A stretch of 64,000 nt of DNA, from NCBI GenBank assembly GCA_963719225.1, contig CAVRAY010000001.1, positions 3,136,001 to 3,200,000 on the forward strand, in the 5' to 3' direction. The stretch comes from Thermoanaerobaculia bacterium. Lineage in GTDB: Bacteria > Acidobacteriota > Thermoanaerobaculia > UBA5066. The notes below the pieces were generated by a model. That model was not told the DNA's origin. It saw nothing but the letters and a program-made list of their open reading frames with translations, and made no database searches. This document shows, one piece after another, positions 39,098 through 48,152 of the stretch (position 1 is the first letter of the stretch; each line of letters begins with the position of its first letter). The translations under genes were made by a program, and so were the position numbers.

Positions 39098-40213
39098 TTA
39101 GGCATTCCCGTTTTCCCCGTTCTTCTCGGCCTCGACGATTTCGAGCAGGCGCGCACGGCGCGGATCCGCCATTCCAGCGACATTCGTCACGCGGACGATC
39201 TCCTCGGACGCGTCCACACCCGAGAGATCGGTGCTCTCCAGGATGACGTCGTCGGAAGGGCGCTCGGTCTTCACGGCGGACGTGATCACCGTCAAGGGCA
39301 GCTCACCGAACTCGGGCAGCGTCTCGGTCCTTGCGGGAAAATTCAGCGCCTTGAGGAGGTCGGCGAGCCCGCTTTTGCGCTCCAGGACGACGTGCAGGAG
39401 GAGGTGGTGCGTCAGAACGCGCTGGAGCTCGTCGCGCGAGCGGTTCGGGTCCGCGATGAGGGCGCGAAGGCGCGCGAGGGAGAACCCGGCGTAGGTCACG
39501 ATCCACGTCAAGGGGGCGGTGACCATCACACGCTTGCTCTGACGCTCCGAGCGTGCGACGTAGGGATAGTCCAGCGGGAAGATCTCGAGGGCCGACGTGT
39601 TGATCGGGAGCGGAGGCGTCAGGCCGATGCCGATGTCGTAGGGCCTCTTTTTCGCGACGGAATCGTAGAGGCTCTCGACGTCCTGGAACGCGCGATCGGC
39701 CCCCTTCACGGCTTCCTTGAGGGCGATGTTCGCTTTCGCGTACTTCTTCGCGTCCTGCAGCTCTTTCACGGTCGGCGGAGCGGCCGCTTCGCGCTTGACG
39801 TTGAGCTCCGAGCCACGGCCCCACCGGTCGGGACCCAGCTGCGCGCGCGGGCCCGTCTCGACCTCGGGCTTCGCGGAAAGGACGCTTTTCTGCACGTAAT
39901 CGCCGAAGACGGTCTCGGCATGGAAGAGCGGCGTCAACGTCTCGAGAATCGTCTCGAGCTGCGAGCGCAGGTGCACCGACACGGACTTCGTCAGCTTCCG
40001 ATAGTGGCGCAGCCGGGCGAGAGTGACGGGCGGCTCGACGGGAAGCTGCAGGACGGCGGCTTTCGGCGCCGCCGGAGCCTTGCGGTCCTCTTTGGGGGCC
40101 GACCCGGTTTCACGTTTCCGAGCCAGATGCCTTCTCCTTCCGGACCTCCGGCTCGCCACGGGGCGGCGCGACGGAGCGCTCAAATCGCCTGAATCTGTGG
40201 AATTGTAATCCAT
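39098..40213 (-). CDS. Hypothetical protein, paralog B (N-terminal extension and internal insert)
   Basis: Shares RKLT...LRS.L, GD(F/Y)V, KG(S/A)D.AF, PLDY, PL.WI.TY.G, P.DDV..EST..SG..A.EE with paralog A. Start uncertain. Confidence 0.75.
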   Translation of the reverse strand: MDYNSTDSGDLSAPSRRPVASRRSGRRRHLARKRETGSAPKEDRKAPAAPKAAVLQLPVEPPVTLARLRHYRKLTKSVSVHLRSQLETILETLTPLFHAETVFGDYVQKSVLSAKPEVETGPRAQLGPDRWGRGSELNVKREAAAPPTVKELQDAKKYAKANIALKEAVKGADRAFQDVESLYDSVAKKRPYDIGIGLTPPLPINTSALEIFPLDYPYVARSERQSKRVMVTAPLTWIVTYAGFSLARLRALIADPNRSRDELQRVLTHHLLLHVVLERKSGLADLLKALNFPARTETLPEFGELPLTVITSAVKTERPSDDVILESTDLSGVDASEEIVRVTNVAGMADPRRARLLEIVEAEKNGENGNA

Positions 40214-40242
40214 GAGGGCCGCGCGCCCCGCTGGAAGCGCCC

Positions 40243-40989
40243 TCAAACGCCCTTCCGGCCAGTCAGTTCCGCGAAGACGCCACGGAACACGTCCTCGACG
40301 GGGCGGGGCTCGGAGACGTCGGGATGGGCCGAGGTCCACTCCGGGGCGAGGACGAGGGGAACCCAGGGAATGAAGCGCGTGATGGGGCCGGCCGCCCCGG
40401 CTCGCGCCAGCGCCGGCCAGACCTTCGTCGGCAGCTCGACCTGGTCGATGATCCCCGGTTTCGGGTCGGCGCAGTTCGCGGCCGGCGAGGTGACGAGGTA
40501 CTCGCGACAGCTGATCGGCCGATCGGCATGGATGGAGCAGCTTTCCTCTTCGAGAAACGGACACGGGATGCCGAGGTGGAAGTACGCGAGTCCGAATGGC
40601 GTCGCTTCGCTTTCCACGAAGCTCTCCCGGTCCTCGAGCTTCGCGAGAAGTCCCGCCCCAGCCAGGCGCTCGCGAGCGCGCGTGAACCGGTCGCGGATCT
40701 CCGAGCGCCGAGGCTCGGGAAGCTCGTCGACGAGCCGGCCGATGCGGCGCGCCTCGACCTCGGAGATCGGGACGAGCTGGCGGCAGCAGGCGCCGCAGCC
40801 CTTCCGGCACGAGACGGTTCGCCCCTCGGCGTTCGCCCGCGCCTCGGCCAGACCGACGATGCCGTCCGCGACCTTCTGAAAAACGGGCAGGAGCGATTCC
40901 AGCCGCGCGGGTGCCGCCGGGAGGCTCAGCTCCATCTCGACCTCGTCGTCCCAGACCTTCATTCCGACGCGAATCGTCACCTGACGCAT
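40243..40989 (-). CDS. YkgJ-family cysteine-cluster protein (CxxCxxCC, Zn/Fe-binding)
   Basis: SCRKGCGACCRQLV and CPFLEEESCSIHADRPISCREY. Confidence 0.9.
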   Translation of the reverse strand: MRQVTIRVGMKVWDDEVEMELSLPAAPARLESLLPVFQKVADGIVGLAEARANAEGRTVSCRKGCGACCRQLVPISEVEARRIGRLVDELPEPRRSEIRDRFTRARERLAGAGLLAKLEDRESFVESEATPFGLAYFHLGIPCPFLEEESCSIHADRPISCREYLVTSPAANCADPKPGIIDQVELPTKVWPALARAGAAGPITRFIPWVPLVLAPEWTSAHPDVSEPRPVEDVFRGVFAELTGRKGV

Positions 40990-41091
40990 GGAAGACGACC
41001 TCTCCGTCCGAACGTGTAGCGCCCCCTTCGGCGGGAATCAACAGAAATCTCCCGACCGGGCCGGCCTCCGATCGGGCCTAAGATTCGGACG

Positions 41092-41904
41092 ATGCCCTCG
41101 TGGATTCCGGGGTACCGCCTGGTGGAAGGTCCCGAGCAGACAGGAGTCCCTTTCCGCTACCGCGCGGTTCGCGAATCGGACGGTGTCGCGGCGTGGATCC
41201 GCGTCGACGGCTTCGACGCGTCTTCGGACCGTGCGGCGATGGCGGTGGACGCGATCTACACCGGCACGGCGCACTTCGACCATCCGCTCGTTCCGCCTGT
41301 TCTCGACTTCGGCTCCACAGAGGTTGCCGGACGATCCTTCATCGCCTACCAGATCTCCGAGCCGGTCGCCGGCGGCGGGCACCGGACGCGTCGGGGAACG
41401 ATGATCGCTCTCGCCGAGGTGCAGATCGCGGCTTTCGAGTGCGGCTTCGCGGGCATCCACCTCCCGCTCTCCGAGCTGCTCCGCCTGCGCGAAGGGGAGC
41501 GGCTCGAGGCACGGCACCTTCCCGTGAACGAGTTCCTCTGCGAGCCTCTTCCCGCGGGGAGCGGGAGCAGTTTCGCCGGACTCGAGGCTGAAGCGGAAGC
41601 CGCGCCCTTCCTTCCGCCGGAGATGCGCGCCGGGTCCCGCGGCCCTTCGATGCGCGCGGCTCTCGCCTACCGCCTGGCCGCGCAGCTCCACGTGCTTCTC
41701 GAGGGTCACGTCGCGTCAGACGCGCCCCTCGAAGAAGCGGAGAAGACGATTGCCCTGTCGGCCCTCCCGTTCCCGCCCCGAATCTCCGTGGAGCCGGACG
41801 CGCCGAGGGATCTCGTCCGGCTCGGCCTGTCCCCGCAACCGGACGATCGCCCGGATCCGGAGAGCTTCCTGACGTTCCGCCTTCCGTCCCCCAAACCAGC
41901 ATGA
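41092..41904 (+). CDS. Highly degenerate kinase-fold protein (pseudokinase)
   Basis: GYRLVE...YRAVRESDG, FDHPLVPPVLDFG, APFLPPEM, AYRLAAQLHVLLEG, LGLSPQPDDRP; no VAIK Lys, HRD or DFG at the expected positions. Confidence 0.6.
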   Translation: MPSWIPGYRLVEGPEQTGVPFRYRAVRESDGVAAWIRVDGFDASSDRAAMAVDAIYTGTAHFDHPLVPPVLDFGSTEVAGRSFIAYQISEPVAGGGHRTRRGTMIALAEVQIAAFECGFAGIHLPLSELLRLREGERLEARHLPVNEFLCEPLPAGSGSSFAGLEAEAEAAPFLPPEMRAGSRGPSMRAALAYRLAAQLHVLLEGHVASDAPLEEAEKTIALSALPFPPRISVEPDAPRDLVRLGLSPQPDDRPDPESFLTFRLPSPKPA

Positions 41905-41939
41905 GACGATCGAACAGCTCCTGCGTGGAGGGGACGACG

Positions 41940-42773
41940 ATGCAAAACGGGCGCAACCTCGGCAAGAGTGGTTTCTTCGCTGCCGCGCTCCTGGCCCTGG
42001 TGATGGCGGCCCGGGCCGGAGCGCAGACACCGATCCCCACGCTCCCGCCCCTGCCGCCGCTGCCGGCCGCAGGCGAAACGTCGACGCCGGCGGCCACCGT
42101 CACGCTTCCGCCTCCCACGCCGTCGTTCACGCCTGAAGCCGTCGGCACCCCACCGGCCACAACGCCGCCGCCCACGCCGGCCGCCGCGCGTCCGGCGGAC
42201 CGGCCCGCGGCCGCCGAGACACCCGGCGGCCTGCCGTCGACCGTCCTCCTCCTGCTCGGCATCGGCGTCCTCGTGCTCGTCGCGACGCTCGTCGTCGTGC
42301 TGACGGTGCTTCTCAAGAAGCCCGTCGTGATCAACGTTCCCTCGCGTTCCGCGGCGCCGCCGCCGGTTCCGCAGGGACCTTCTCCCGCGGGATGGACGGA
42401 CGGCGGCGTCGTCCATGCCGGGCAGCCGCCCGCCGGTGTGCTGGACGTCCTGCCGGGACGGTTCCTCGTGGACGAAGGCGACCACGAGACCGAGATCCGG
42501 ATTTTCCGCACCGCTCCCGGCGAGCGCGTCGAGACGACGATCGGCCGCGACCCGGGCCCGCCCTATCGCCACATCCAGCTCCTTCCGGCCTCCGTCTCCG
42601 GCAAGCACGCGAAGCTCGTCTTCGACAAGCGAAGCTACTCGCTCATCAACTACGCCCGGACCAACCCGACCAAGGTCAACGGCGAGGAGATCGAAGAGAA
42701 CGCTTCGCGGCGTCTCGTGGACAGCGATCGCATCGAGATCGGTGAGGTCGTCATGACGTACCGCGAGGATTGA
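41940..42773 (+). CDS. Membrane-anchored FHA-domain protein
   Basis: Signal peptide, Pro/Thr-rich segment, TM (VLLLLGIGVLVLVATLVVVLTVLL), C-terminal FHA (TIGR...SVSGKHAKL...TNPTKVNG...DSDRIEIG). Confidence 0.85.
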   Translation: MQNGRNLGKSGFFAAALLALVMAARAGAQTPIPTLPPLPPLPAAGETSTPAATVTLPPPTPSFTPEAVGTPPATTPPPTPAAARPADRPAAAETPGGLPSTVLLLLGIGVLVLVATLVVVLTVLLKKPVVINVPSRSAAPPPVPQGPSPAGWTDGGVVHAGQPPAGVLDVLPGRFLVDEGDHETEIRIFRTAPGERVETTIGRDPGPPYRHIQLLPASVSGKHAKLVFDKRSYSLINYARTNPTKVNGEEIEENASRRLVDSDRIEIGEVVMTYRED

Positions 42774-42782
42774 GGATCGAAA

Positions 42783-44240
42783 GTGGCCGTCGAAGAGGGC
42801 ACGCTCGCGCCCCGGTATGTCGCCGGCGGCCTTTCCGAGAAAGGGCGTCGGGAATCGAACGAGGATGCCGCCATTCTCGCGGTGCTCCCGCCGTCCTCCG
42901 CTCTTCGGGCGTTCGCCGTCCTCTGCGACGGCATGGGTGGCCACAACGCGGGTGAGGTCGCCTCGCGCCTCGCCGTCGAAATCATCAAGGAGAAGATCCA
43001 GGCCTTCGGCGCGCGCCCCGACGCTTCTTCCCTCCCGCCGCCGGCGATCGAGGCCGAGATCCGCGAGTGGATCGCCGAAGTCAACCGCGAGATCTACCAG
43101 CGCGGAAAAGCGTCGGCCGAGCAGAAGGGAATGGGGACGACCCTCGCGTCCGCGATGGTGCTCGCCGACGACCGCCTCATCGTGGCCAACGTCGGCGACA
43201 GCAGGATCTTCCTCGTCTCGGGATTGAGCGTGAGGCAGCTCTCGGTCGACCACACGGCCCTCGCCGAGCAGCGGCGTGCCCTCGGCTCCGATTCGGTCGC
43301 TCCCGAGGACGACGCCAGCAATCCCTTCGCGCACGCTCTCACCCGGAGCCTCGGCCAGGAGAAGAAGGTCGATCCCGACGTGCGCGGCGACGTGACGCTC
43401 GCTCCGGGCGACGTCGTCATCCTCACGACCGACGGCGTCACCGACGTCCTCGAAGCCGAGCGCTTCCTCACGGCGATCGAGGCGACGGGGAGCCTCCAGG
43501 AGACGGCCGAGGAGATCTATCGCCTCGCCTTCGAAGCAGGCTCGAAGGACAACATCTCGGTCGCGCTCCTTTCGCGCGGCACCCCCGCCCGGCTCGGGGT
43601 CGGCAAGACCGGCCAGCTGGCCGGTGTCTCGTCCGGACCTTCGCCGATCGACGACGAGATGCTCGTTGCGGGGGCAGCCTCGGGGCCCGTCTTGGAGTCG
43701 GCGCCCCCGCGGCGCGCGGGCCGGCGTGCCGCGTTCGGCGTCGCGGCGCTCGCGCTCGTCGCCCTCGTCCTCGCGCTCGGCGTCTTCCTGCGGCAGTCCC
43801 CGACTCCAAAAGTGGCGCCGGCCGCCGTTCCTCCGTCGCCCCAGCCGGTCCCGAGCGTCCCCGTGTCCGTGGCGCCCGCGGCCCCGACGCCGCTTCCGGC
43901 CGTGGCCTCGCCGCCTCCCCGGGCATCCGAGGCTCCCGCACCCGGCGCGCGGATGCCCGTGACGCCACGTCCCTCTCCCCGAACGGCTCGCGCGCCCGCA
44001 GAGCCATCGTTCCGGACTCCGGCCGCCCTCAGCGGTCTTCAGCCGCTCGAGTTTCCGCCGACTCCGACGGAGACGCCGACGGCAACCCACACGCCGATTC
44101 CGACGGACACGCCGACCGCGACGCCCACGGCCCCTCCCGCTGCATCCCCGGGAAAGGCGAAGCCGTCCACGCCGGCCGCGCCCGTTCCACAGCCCGTCCC
44201 GACGCCCGCAGCCACCGCCCCGAACGCCGTCAGTATTTGA
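42783..44240 (+). CDS. PP2C-family Ser/Thr phosphatase with TM and Pro-rich tail
   Basis: GRRESNED, LCDGMGGHNAGEVAS, GMGTT, NVGDSR, DHT, LTRSLG, TTDG, GSKDNIS. Confidence 0.93.
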   Translation: MAVEEGTLAPRYVAGGLSEKGRRESNEDAAILAVLPPSSALRAFAVLCDGMGGHNAGEVASRLAVEIIKEKIQAFGARPDASSLPPPAIEAEIREWIAEVNREIYQRGKASAEQKGMGTTLASAMVLADDRLIVANVGDSRIFLVSGLSVRQLSVDHTALAEQRRALGSDSVAPEDDASNPFAHALTRSLGQEKKVDPDVRGDVTLAPGDVVILTTDGVTDVLEAERFLTAIEATGSLQETAEEIYRLAFEAGSKDNISVALLSRGTPARLGVGKTGQLAGVSSGPSPIDDEMLVAGAASGPVLESAPPRRAGRRAAFGVAALALVALVLALGVFLRQSPTPKVAPAAVPPSPQPVPSVPVSVAPAAPTPLPAVASPPPRASEAPAPGARMPVTPRPSPRTARAPAEPSFRTPAALSGLQPLEFPPTPTETPTATHTPIPTDTPTATPTAPPAASPGKAKPSTPAAPVPQPVPTPAATAPNAVSI

Positions 44241-45387
44241 AGACGAGGAAGGCCGCGAGGGCGCACGCCGCCAGGAATGCGAGGATCCCCAAGGCCAGGA
44301 CGAGCCGGGCGACACCGGGTCGCGAGCCGATTCCGGGCAGGACTCCTTCGGACGGAGATGTTTCCCGGGCCGGCGCCTCGACACGGGCCGGCGGAGGCGG
44401 TGCCTCCGGAAACACGACGGCGCGCAGCCTTCGAAGCGTCGGCGCGGCTTCGAAGCGCCGCGGCAGGAGCGCATACCCGATCGACGCGGCGCTGTAGATG
44501 GAAGCAGGCGACGCCGGGAGATCGAGGATCGGCCGCGGGTGGAGCCGCCGAAGCTCGCCCAGCCGCCTCACGACGGCATCGGAAGGTGGCCGCTTTTCGA
44601 TCTCGGTCTCGAGCAAGCTCTCCACGAGCGCCGACAGGGCGCCGTCTCCCTCGCCCGCATCGGCTCTGAGCTCCAGCTTCGGCGCCGCTCTCTTCTTCTG
44701 CGCCTTCATGACGCGGTCCGGCGTCTCGCCGGGGAAAGGCGGCTTCCCCGAGAGCCACTCGTAGAGGAGGACTCCGAAGGAAAAGACGTCGCTCCGGGGA
44801 TCGACGAGACCGGCGGCTCCATCTCCCTGCAGCAGCTCGGGTGAAGCGAAGGGCACGCGGCCGAGGAAAGCTCCCGCCATGGTCAGATCCTCGTTCGACG
44901 AGATGTCCTTGGCGACGCCGAGATCGATCAGCCGCGGGTTGCGGCCGAAGCGCCGCGTCTCGACGAGGACGTTGTCGAACGCGATGTCGCGGTGGAGGAT
45001 TCCCTGGATGTGCAAGGCATCGAGAGCCGAAGCGATGCCGTAGGCGAGACGAATGACCTCGTGAAGGGGCGCGGAGCGATAGGCCGCGAGCGGCTCCCCC
45101 TCGATCCACTCCATCAGCGCCCAGCCGGTCGAGCCGTCCTCCTCCTCGCCACATCCGTAGAGGGCCGGGAACGCCGGATGCTCCATCCGCGAGAGGATCC
45201 GGCACTCACGCCGAAACCGCTCGCGGGGGCGGAAGGCGGGGTCCATCCGGTCGAACGGATAGATCTTCGCGGCGAGCCGGGTCCCGGTCTCGCGGTGCCG
45301 CGCCGAGAAGACCTCACCAGAGCCGCCCCGCCCCACCATCTCGCCGAGGTCGATCTCCTCGAGGCCGAATCCGAAGCGCGACGTCAC
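44230..45387 (-). CDS. Ser/Thr protein kinase with C-terminal TM helix
   Basis: VGRGGSGEVF, AAK, HRDIAFDN, IDLG, FASPE, SDVFSFGV. Confidence 0.9.
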   Translation of the reverse strand: MTSRFGFGLEEIDLGEMVGRGGSGEVFSARHRETGTRLAAKIYPFDRMDPAFRPRERFRRECRILSRMEHPAFPALYGCGEEEDGSTGWALMEWIEGEPLAAYRSAPLHEVIRLAYGIASALDALHIQGILHRDIAFDNVLVETRRFGRNPRLIDLGVAKDISSNEDLTMAGAFLGRVPFASPELLQGDGAAGLVDPRSDVFSFGVLLYEWLSGKPPFPGETPDRVMKAQKKRAAPKLELRADAGEGDGALSALVESLLETEIEKRPPSDAVVRRLGELRRLHPRPILDLPASPASIYSAASIGYALLPRRFEAAPTLRRLRAVVFPEAPPPPARVEAPARETSPSEGVLPGIGSRPGVARLVLALGILAFLAACALAAFLVFKY

Positions 45388-45399
45388 CTGCCGCTCCCC

Positions 45400-46038
45400 T
45401 CACTTCGTCGCGGGGGCGGGGGCGGGGGCTCCCTCGAGGCGCCGGAGGCGCGTGTCGAGGTTGCCGCGGTCCTGAACGTAGGTCTTCCCGAAGTCCTCGG
45501 CCCACTTCTCGACGGCCTTCAGGGAGGTCCTGAGCTCCGCGGTTTCCCGGCGCGCCGCCGCGGCCTCCTGCTTCGCCGCTTCGATGTCGGCCTGCAGCAG
45601 CTGACGGATCCCTTCCACCTCGCGACGTTGGGCCTCCTGCTGCTCGGCGAGCTTCTTCTCGAGGCCCGTCATGGCGTCGAGGACCGGCTGGATCTGCTTC
45701 CGCGTCGCCGCATCCATCGACTGGATCTGATTTTCGAGAGTCGTTTTCGTCGCGACCTGACTCCGAAAGGCCTGGAAGATGAGCGTGCCGAGCGCCGCCG
45801 CGACGACGACGAACGCGGCGGTCAGGAAGGCCAGCCCGATCTTCAGATTCCGGTTCGAATGCCCGATCGAATCGGCGAGGTTCTTGAAGAAGATCGTCGA
45901 GCCCTGAACCACACCCTGCCCCCTCGATCGGGCACGCGCGTCGGAGAGCATGTCTCTCAGGGACTTCGTTTCGGCGGCGGTCGTGCTCGAGGCGGTCGCG
46001 TCGACGTCGCCGGGACGTCCGGGTCGGTTCTCGGTCAT
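45400..46038 (-). CDS. Single-pass membrane protein with coiled-coil domain
   Basis: RBS AAGGAGG; TM IGLAFLTAAFVVVAAALGTLIF; heptad-rich C-terminus. Confidence 0.75.
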   Translation of the reverse strand: MTENRPGRPGDVDATASSTTAAETKSLRDMLSDARARSRGQGVVQGSTIFFKNLADSIGHSNRNLKIGLAFLTAAFVVVAAALGTLIFQAFRSQVATKTTLENQIQSMDAATRKQIQPVLDAMTGLEKKLAEQQEAQRREVEGIRQLLQADIEAAKQEAAAARRETAELRTSLKAVEKWAEDFGKTYVQDRGNLDTRLRRLEGAPAPAPATK

Positions 46039-46048
46039 GGCCCCTCCT

Positions 46049-47947
46049 TCATTCGAGCTCGGGGTGAACGAATCTCTGGGCCGCCGCGGCGACGACCCCC
46101 GTGGGACCGGCGTGGCTGCTCCGCCGCGGTTCACCTCCGGAGCCACGCAGGACGGAGATCAGGACCCACAGGATGGCGGCGAAGAGGACGACGATGGCGA
46201 CGATGATCGCTCCGATGCCGATCATGCGGAGGCGACGGCCGGCCGGATCGGGGACAACAGCCGAGACAACGGGCGCCCGCGGGGGCGGGACCGGGCGCGG
46301 CGCCATGGCGGCAGGCGGCGGCTCCCCGTAGACGACCACCCTCCGGCCGCCCTTCGGTCGCACCGCGGGGGGCGGCTGGGTCGTGTGGCCGGAGGGACGC
46401 TCCGGCTCGAGACGCATTACGGGCGGGGATGGTGGCGGTGACCCGAGAGCGTCCGGAGTCGACGGCTGCTTGAGGGGAGGAAGGGGTTCCCGGGAGGACT
46501 GCTGCCTCAGCTTCGCGATGATGTCGTCGAGCCTTTCCGTCTTCTCTTCGACGCCGTCCGACGGAGCGCTTTCCGGCTCGGGCGGCGAGCTCTTCGCCGC
46601 GCCACCCGACCACATGGAGATCTCGGAGAAGCTCAGCGGGGTCTCGGGCACGACGGTCGGCGCCGTTTTCGTCGGGGGAACGACGGTCGGCCCCGTTCTC
46701 GTCACCTCCGACGAGGCCGGCGGCGGAAGCTCCTCTTGAACCTGCTCCGTGATCCCTGGAGACACGGCGGAGAAGGTCCCGGGCGTCAGGGTCTCGTCGG
46801 GCAACGGGACGCCGGCCGAGGTCGACGTCGTCAGGCCAGGGATCGCGGATGCGTTCGAGGAAGCCTGCGAAGAAGGCAGTGATTGGAAGCGCTCCGTGGG
46901 CGACTCGGGCACTTCGAGGTCGGGCCATCTCTTCTGCTGGGAGGCCTCGACGGAAAGAGGGCGTTCCTCTCCCGCGGCCGCCGGAGCCGGGCGGGCGGCC
47001 GAGGGCGAAGGGGACGGTGGGGAGGAAGGGTTGGAGGAGCCGATCCTCCCTTCGACAGGCGGAGGGAGCGTCCGGAGCGTGAGAGGGTCGGGCTCGAGCG
47101 AATCCGGGACGCCGCGCTGAACGCGATCGAGCGCGTCGAGGATCTCCTCGTAGCTCTGGGGCCGATCCTCCGGGCTCTTCGAAAGCATCCGGCGGACGAT
47201 GGCCCGCATCGGCTCCGGCAGCGGCGGCGCGCCGGCCGGCGTCGGGACCTCGAACGTATTCTCCTTCTGGTGCGCCACCAGCCAGTCGTAGTAGTTCCCA
47301 TGGCGGGCTACCGTGATCGGCGGCTTTTTCGTCAGGAGCCGGTGGAAGATGACGCCGAGGGAGTACACGTCGCTCCGCCAGTCGATGCTCGCGGGAAAGA
47401 AATGCTCCGGCGAGGCGAACGCGAATTTCCCGAGGAACTGTCCCGTCCGCGTCTTCACGTCGCCGTCCTCGGCCTGCTGCTCGAGGATCTTCGCGACTCC
47501 GAAGTCGAGGATCTTCGTCACGCGGGTCTGGTTCTCGAGTGTCACGAAGATGTTGTTCGACGAGAGATCACGGTGAACGATGTTCTGGCTTCGGAGGTAG
47601 GAGAGGCCCATCAGGGCCTGGACCATCAGCGGCAGGAGCTCGGGATACGGCCGCCCTTCGAAGGCACGGAAGTCGACGCCGTCGACGTACTCCATCACGA
47701 TCGAGAGAACGCCGTCCGTCGACTCCGTGATGTCGTAGCAGCGCACGATGTTCCGGTGGTTCAGCGCCGAGAGGATCCTGTTTTCCTTCAGGAACCGCGC
47801 CCGATGCTCGGGGTCGAACTCCCGCCGCGACATGACCTTGATGGCCACGGGCAGGCCGGTCCGCCGGTCACTCGCCAGATAGACGAGCCCCATTCCCCCT
47901 TCGCCGAGGACGCAGGAGATCGTGTAGTTCTCGAACTCCGGCGACAT
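46049..47947 (-). CDS. Ser/Thr protein kinase with Pro/Ser-rich linker and C-terminal TM
   Basis: LGEGGMGLVY, VAIK, HRDLSSNN, DFGVAK, FASPE, SDVYSLGV, SKSPEDRP. Confidence 0.93.
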   Translation of the reverse strand: MSPEFENYTISCVLGEGGMGLVYLASDRRTGLPVAIKVMSRREFDPEHRARFLKENRILSALNHRNIVRCYDITESTDGVLSIVMEYVDGVDFRAFEGRPYPELLPLMVQALMGLSYLRSQNIVHRDLSSNNIFVTLENQTRVTKILDFGVAKILEQQAEDGDVKTRTGQFLGKFAFASPEHFFPASIDWRSDVYSLGVIFHRLLTKKPPITVARHGNYYDWLVAHQKENTFEVPTPAGAPPLPEPMRAIVRRMLSKSPEDRPQSYEEILDALDRVQRGVPDSLEPDPLTLRTLPPPVEGRIGSSNPSSPPSPSPSAARPAPAAAGEERPLSVEASQQKRWPDLEVPESPTERFQSLPSSQASSNASAIPGLTTSTSAGVPLPDETLTPGTFSAVSPGITEQVQEELPPPASSEVTRTGPTVVPPTKTAPTVVPETPLSFSEISMWSGGAAKSSPPEPESAPSDGVEEKTERLDDIIAKLRQQSSREPLPPLKQPSTPDALGSPPPSPPVMRLEPERPSGHTTQPPPAVRPKGGRRVVVYGEPPPAAMAPRPVPPPRAPVVSAVVPDPAGRRLRMIGIGAIIVAIVVLFAAILWVLISVLRGSGGEPRRSSHAGPTGVVAAAAQRFVHPELE

Positions 47948-48022
47948 GCTGGAAATGCTCGCGATGAACGGCTCCCGGAACCCCGTCAGTCTAGCAAACT
48001 CGAACCGTGTCACCCGGAAGAA

Positions 48023-48099
48023 TGGCGGGGCCGACGGGGCTCGAACCCGCGACCTCAGGCGTGACAGGCCTGCGCTCTAACCAACTGAGCTACGACCCC
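48023..48099 (-). tRNA. tRNA-Asp(GTC)
   Basis: Reverse complement GGGGTCGTAGCTCAGTTGGTTAGAGCGCAGGCCTGTCACGCCTGAGGTCGCGGGTTCGAGCCCCGTCGGCCCCGCCA; cloverleaf, GTC anticodon, CCA end. Confidence 0.97.
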
Positions 48100-48152
48100 G
48101 ATTCCGTCCCACGACGGTCGCGTCTGGGCGGGAGGCGGAGTATACAGAGACG

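Noticed and set aside
2-48022. T6SS region as an island integrated at tRNA-Asp
   Set aside because: No integrase or duplicated tRNA-Asp 3' end was seen, and core genes have host-like composition; the left boundary is outside the window, so this cannot be fully excluded.
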